64,000 nucleotides of DNA from Naegleria gruberi. Its lineage: Eukaryota. A program made the position numbers and the translations under genes. Shown here piece after piece: positions 62,601-64,000 of this stretch. Position 1 is the stretch's first letter; the number at the start of each line of letters is the position of its first letter. The notes below the pieces were generated by a model. That model searched no databases and was not told the DNA's origin. It saw only the letters and a program-made list of their open reading frames with translations. The stretch lies in NCBI GenBank assembly GCA_000004985.1, contig GG738861.1. One strand, 5' to 3'.

Positions 62601-64000
62601 TCATTGACTTGAATGAATGTTGTTCGCATCACTTGAACATAATGAGGAACATAAGTTATATTTACAACCTCACCATCCTTAGCAAGAACACACTTGTTGG
62701 AGTGATCATCCTTATTCTTTGAAACAACACCATGAGATGCAACTTGCACGTTGTGCTCAGGTCTTCCCAATGAAAATCCACTCTCTTCTGGAATAGTTGA
62801 AACCAGATTTCTGTATTCCTTTACCACTTCAATAACTTCACATTTGAGAATATATGGTTGAATAGCAGCCATCATGGAACTACAAAAACTAGCTGATAAT
62901 CGAAATTTAAGTTCTCTCAAGTATCTTCTAACAGTGTTGGCCCTTTTGCTTTTGATGATACTGTCAGACAATTTTTGATATTCTTTAAGTATTCTTTGTC
63001 TGATTGGAACTTTCATATTATTGAAGGATAGGAACAATTCTTGTAAAACTTCCTTTGTAAAGAATAATGAGGTGTCGTTATTAGTATTCATGGAAGTCAA
63101 AAAGAATTCCTTCTTTTCTTGATTGACAAAGTATTCATCCATTGGTGTTTGATTATACTTTACAGCAGTTTCATAAAGTATCTTTTGGAGTAATTGGTAT
63201 TGATATACGTGGCGAAGTTCAAACAATCCAACTGAAGTAGCCAACCTTTTGATTCCATCAAATGTTGTAAAATTAACTTCAGCCATAGAACTATCAAACT
63301 CAACTATTGCAAGGTTTGTAAGATATTGAGCTCTTATTTCACTGGTATCCATTCTTGATTCATTAAATAGATCCTTATTATCAAAATTGATAGGAGCTAA
63401 TGTTGGATTGGTGACTTGTTGGGTTGAACCAATCATGTTTGATTGAGAAATAAAAACTGAAGATAAAATCTCTGTTTCGTGTAATTCTTTTGAGAGTTGT
63501 TTCCACAGAGTAATCATTTCAATTGTGTTAGAAAAACATTGTAGAGCAGTTGACTCCTTTTCACTCATGTGGTATCCTCCTTCTGTCTCTCTTTGTACAA
63601 CATTTTCCTGATCATCGTTATGCTTACTGGCCCTTTCGTTTTCAATTACACCCTCAAGCATGTAAATTAATTCGTTTGGATCCTCCAATAAGTTTGCATC
63701 GTCAATTTCGTCGGAGAGCTTATTTTTGAGTGCTCTTTGAATCTTTTCCTCCTTAGAAATAAGCTTCCATTCCACTATTAACTGCTGCAAAACAGCTCTC
63801 TTAACAGCATTCAGAGAAAGTACATTTTTAAACTTGAAAGAACCATTAATATTGTTAACTACTTTTTCTAGATGTTCATGTATTCTGCCAATAGTAACAA
63901 TAGAAGGGAAAAAGTCTAAAAATGCTATCTTTGAGGAGCCAGGGAATAGTTCGGTCTGTGCATAATTTTCTGTATTAATATTGTCTGGAAAACCTGACCG
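59696..64000 (-). CDS. Very large coiled-coil protein, 5'-partial. The reading frame stays open through the window edge at 64000, and the track 'M' at 63790 is a TTG
   Basis: More than 1430 codons without a stop on the minus strand. The last about 500 aa are a heptad-rich E/K/L coiled coil (LRKDLQLQIKNKQKL...LEELEEKVEKYERW...) with an S/N/Q-rich tail. Extending the frame upstream of 63790 gives 70 further sense codons (RSGFPDNINTENYAQTELFPGSSKIAFLDFFPSIVTIGRIHEHLEKVVNNINGSFKFKNVLSLNAVKRAV) with no stop. Confidence 0.6.
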   Translation of the reverse strand, partial: RSGFPDNINTENYAQTELFPGSSKIAFLDFFPSIVTIGRIHEHLEKVVNNINGSFKFKNVLSLNAVKRAVLQQLIVEWKLISKEEKIQRALKNKLSDEIDDANLLEDPNELIYMLEGVIENERASKHNDDQENVVQRETEGGYHMSEKESTALQCFSNTIEMITLWKQLSKELHETEILSSVFISQSNMIGSTQQVTNPTLAPINFDNKDLFNESRMDTSEIRAQYLTNLAIVEFDSSMAEVNFTTFDGIKRLATSVGLFELRHVYQYQLLQKILYETAVKYNQTPMDEYFVNQEKKEFFLTSMNTNNDTSLFFTKEVLQELFLSFNNMKVPIRQRILKEYQKLSDSIIKSKRANTVRRYLRELKFRLSASFCSSMMAAIQPYILKCEVIEVVKEYRNLVSTIPEESGFSLGRPEHNVQVASHGVVSKNKDDHSNKCVLAKDGEVVNITYVPHYVQVMRTTFIQVNEEVDPSIENFSNLLQILQRIYLILRFWTVSIQATQRLYDVTLNEGNGLSKPLGDFCKALISELEHLRQPENPLSVIIYLSSKCDLLFHKYLLVLDNLKHKLRKENMNSYTIPEKYFLQLCNEKTEEAIIDSQFFTFSPCYMDEEIRIKYKGIDYQNAHILPLSCLKSFLLDFPDSERNYFSAEDANVSLCMEELLTEEKVYANSMPEQAIKIQVEFVKASVLMYRLRDIFLELSCENSKLMLMDEAKMEDLYNFTVFRKAKRIYEKQLKGLIATLEQKTTNDIFDVATQQKAKRKREKELRDKQVQILSQEISKLLISKHIQTMKENTSALKKELFAMEEKDFDDTTLDSKLDIFHNFLETLTTRGGKSTSKNGETIITIYEKELEKSLEEVGQKIRDWKNDYVQIVESKTSEIVDHLKRNLFSSEQKVKFLLYKRDVDRKSLKRRIDAEVDDKNYDLVFLVNNILWKNKELDHRLKEVKSEVRKELVGEYEDLVRSLYKELVSTNGKVAKFKKDFLQNLDQKFYEVRENTFFEIATQKDFGDASFKKKAIDVAMEDSELNKLRRENEDLKVQHTQLLALHKIRTVSLRSKYEKLIKDAELKRDEALKEFYASKYEVGLRENQLRQELLKTQQQLSNAEMEVEQLRKDLQLQIKNKQKLVNWKVKNAQLLEELEEKVEKYERWSHTNVDKLLLELEEKKREAGHYEKLKERMKEKTNAIDFKNQKTIETLKKKLVKEQSLKSKIMEQLETLKDYRDSTGQVDWQGKYHLLTEDFQQLTKENAILKNALERYASGQNEDVSSILMNAPLMLDGINGTPSPPSSGRKTASPSTLLRPITESESPQNGMNGIFMIEQTAAKKRPATSGAARAQAKANSNSSVTQQQLQQFKKASQAIGSISTTLSRPLTVLPTYGKDKYGAMPLQSRRSMSAGVRKQTLLNNVNSNVTSTANSASTSNNLVANSQPQSSLL

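Noticed and set aside
1-64000. Prokaryotic-style systems (operons, CRISPR arrays, defence islands, IS elements)
   Set aside because: The window is eukaryotic: GT..AG introns, a eukaryote-type tRNA with Pol III T-run, proteasome, TFIIF, WASH complex and PCNA genes. No direct-repeat/spacer arrays or transposase ORFs were seen.

Overview
This window reads as nuclear DNA from an AT-rich, gene-dense, intron-poor microbial eukaryote. By eye it is roughly one-third GC, and TAA/TGA are used as stops. Proteins carry N/S/Q/T-rich low-complexity tracts. Introns have GTAAGT/GTATGT donors and AG acceptors, and most are only 40-75 nt. The gene content (a receptor-type class-III adenylyl cyclase, a PAS protein, F-box/LRR proteins, a heterotrimeric G-alpha-like protein, the WASH complex subunit SWIP, a flagellate-style large coiled-coil protein) plus the compact architecture suggest an amoeboflagellate such as a heterolobosean (Naegleria-like); this is a low-confidence inference. 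It is not prokaryotic, so there are no operons, CRISPR arrays or defence islands. I can support about 31 protein-coding loci and one tRNA-Phe(GAA). Confident protein calls are: tandem AAA ATPase (5'-partial), PH+PAS protein, coiled-coil+PH protein, two tandem F-box/LRR genes, receptor-type adenylyl cyclase with two micro-introns, GH31 alpha-glucosidase, WASHC4/SWIP (3 exons), mitochondrial phosphate carrier, an MDR/RTN4IP1-like oxidoreductase, TFIIF-alpha, three proteasome subunits (alpha type-4, beta type-7, lid Rpn5) within about 5.6 kb on the same strand, and a BLM-like RecQ helicase. The most notable locus is at 42.5-47.2 kb. A multidomain gene encodes a PNK-like P-loop kinase, a SWIM zinc finger, an HMG box and six tandem acidic 'FGNIFFSK' motifs that resemble Rev1-interacting (RIR) FF motifs. 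Directly downstream is a highly divergent PCNA-like sliding-clamp paralog, and the RecQ helicase lies a few kb further on. This is a plausible, undescribed DNA-damage-tolerance or repair module. Other notable items are a 4-exon SAM + PPPDE/DeSI peptidase fusion gene, and a 3-kb patch (34.1-36.8 kb) of decayed genes: a frameshifted ADP/ATP-carrier-like gene, a frameshifted catalytically degenerate G-alpha, and an orphan kinase remnant, all next to the tRNA. All coordinates come from manual splicing of the six-frame ORF track. Homology statements rest on remembered family signatures, not on database searches.
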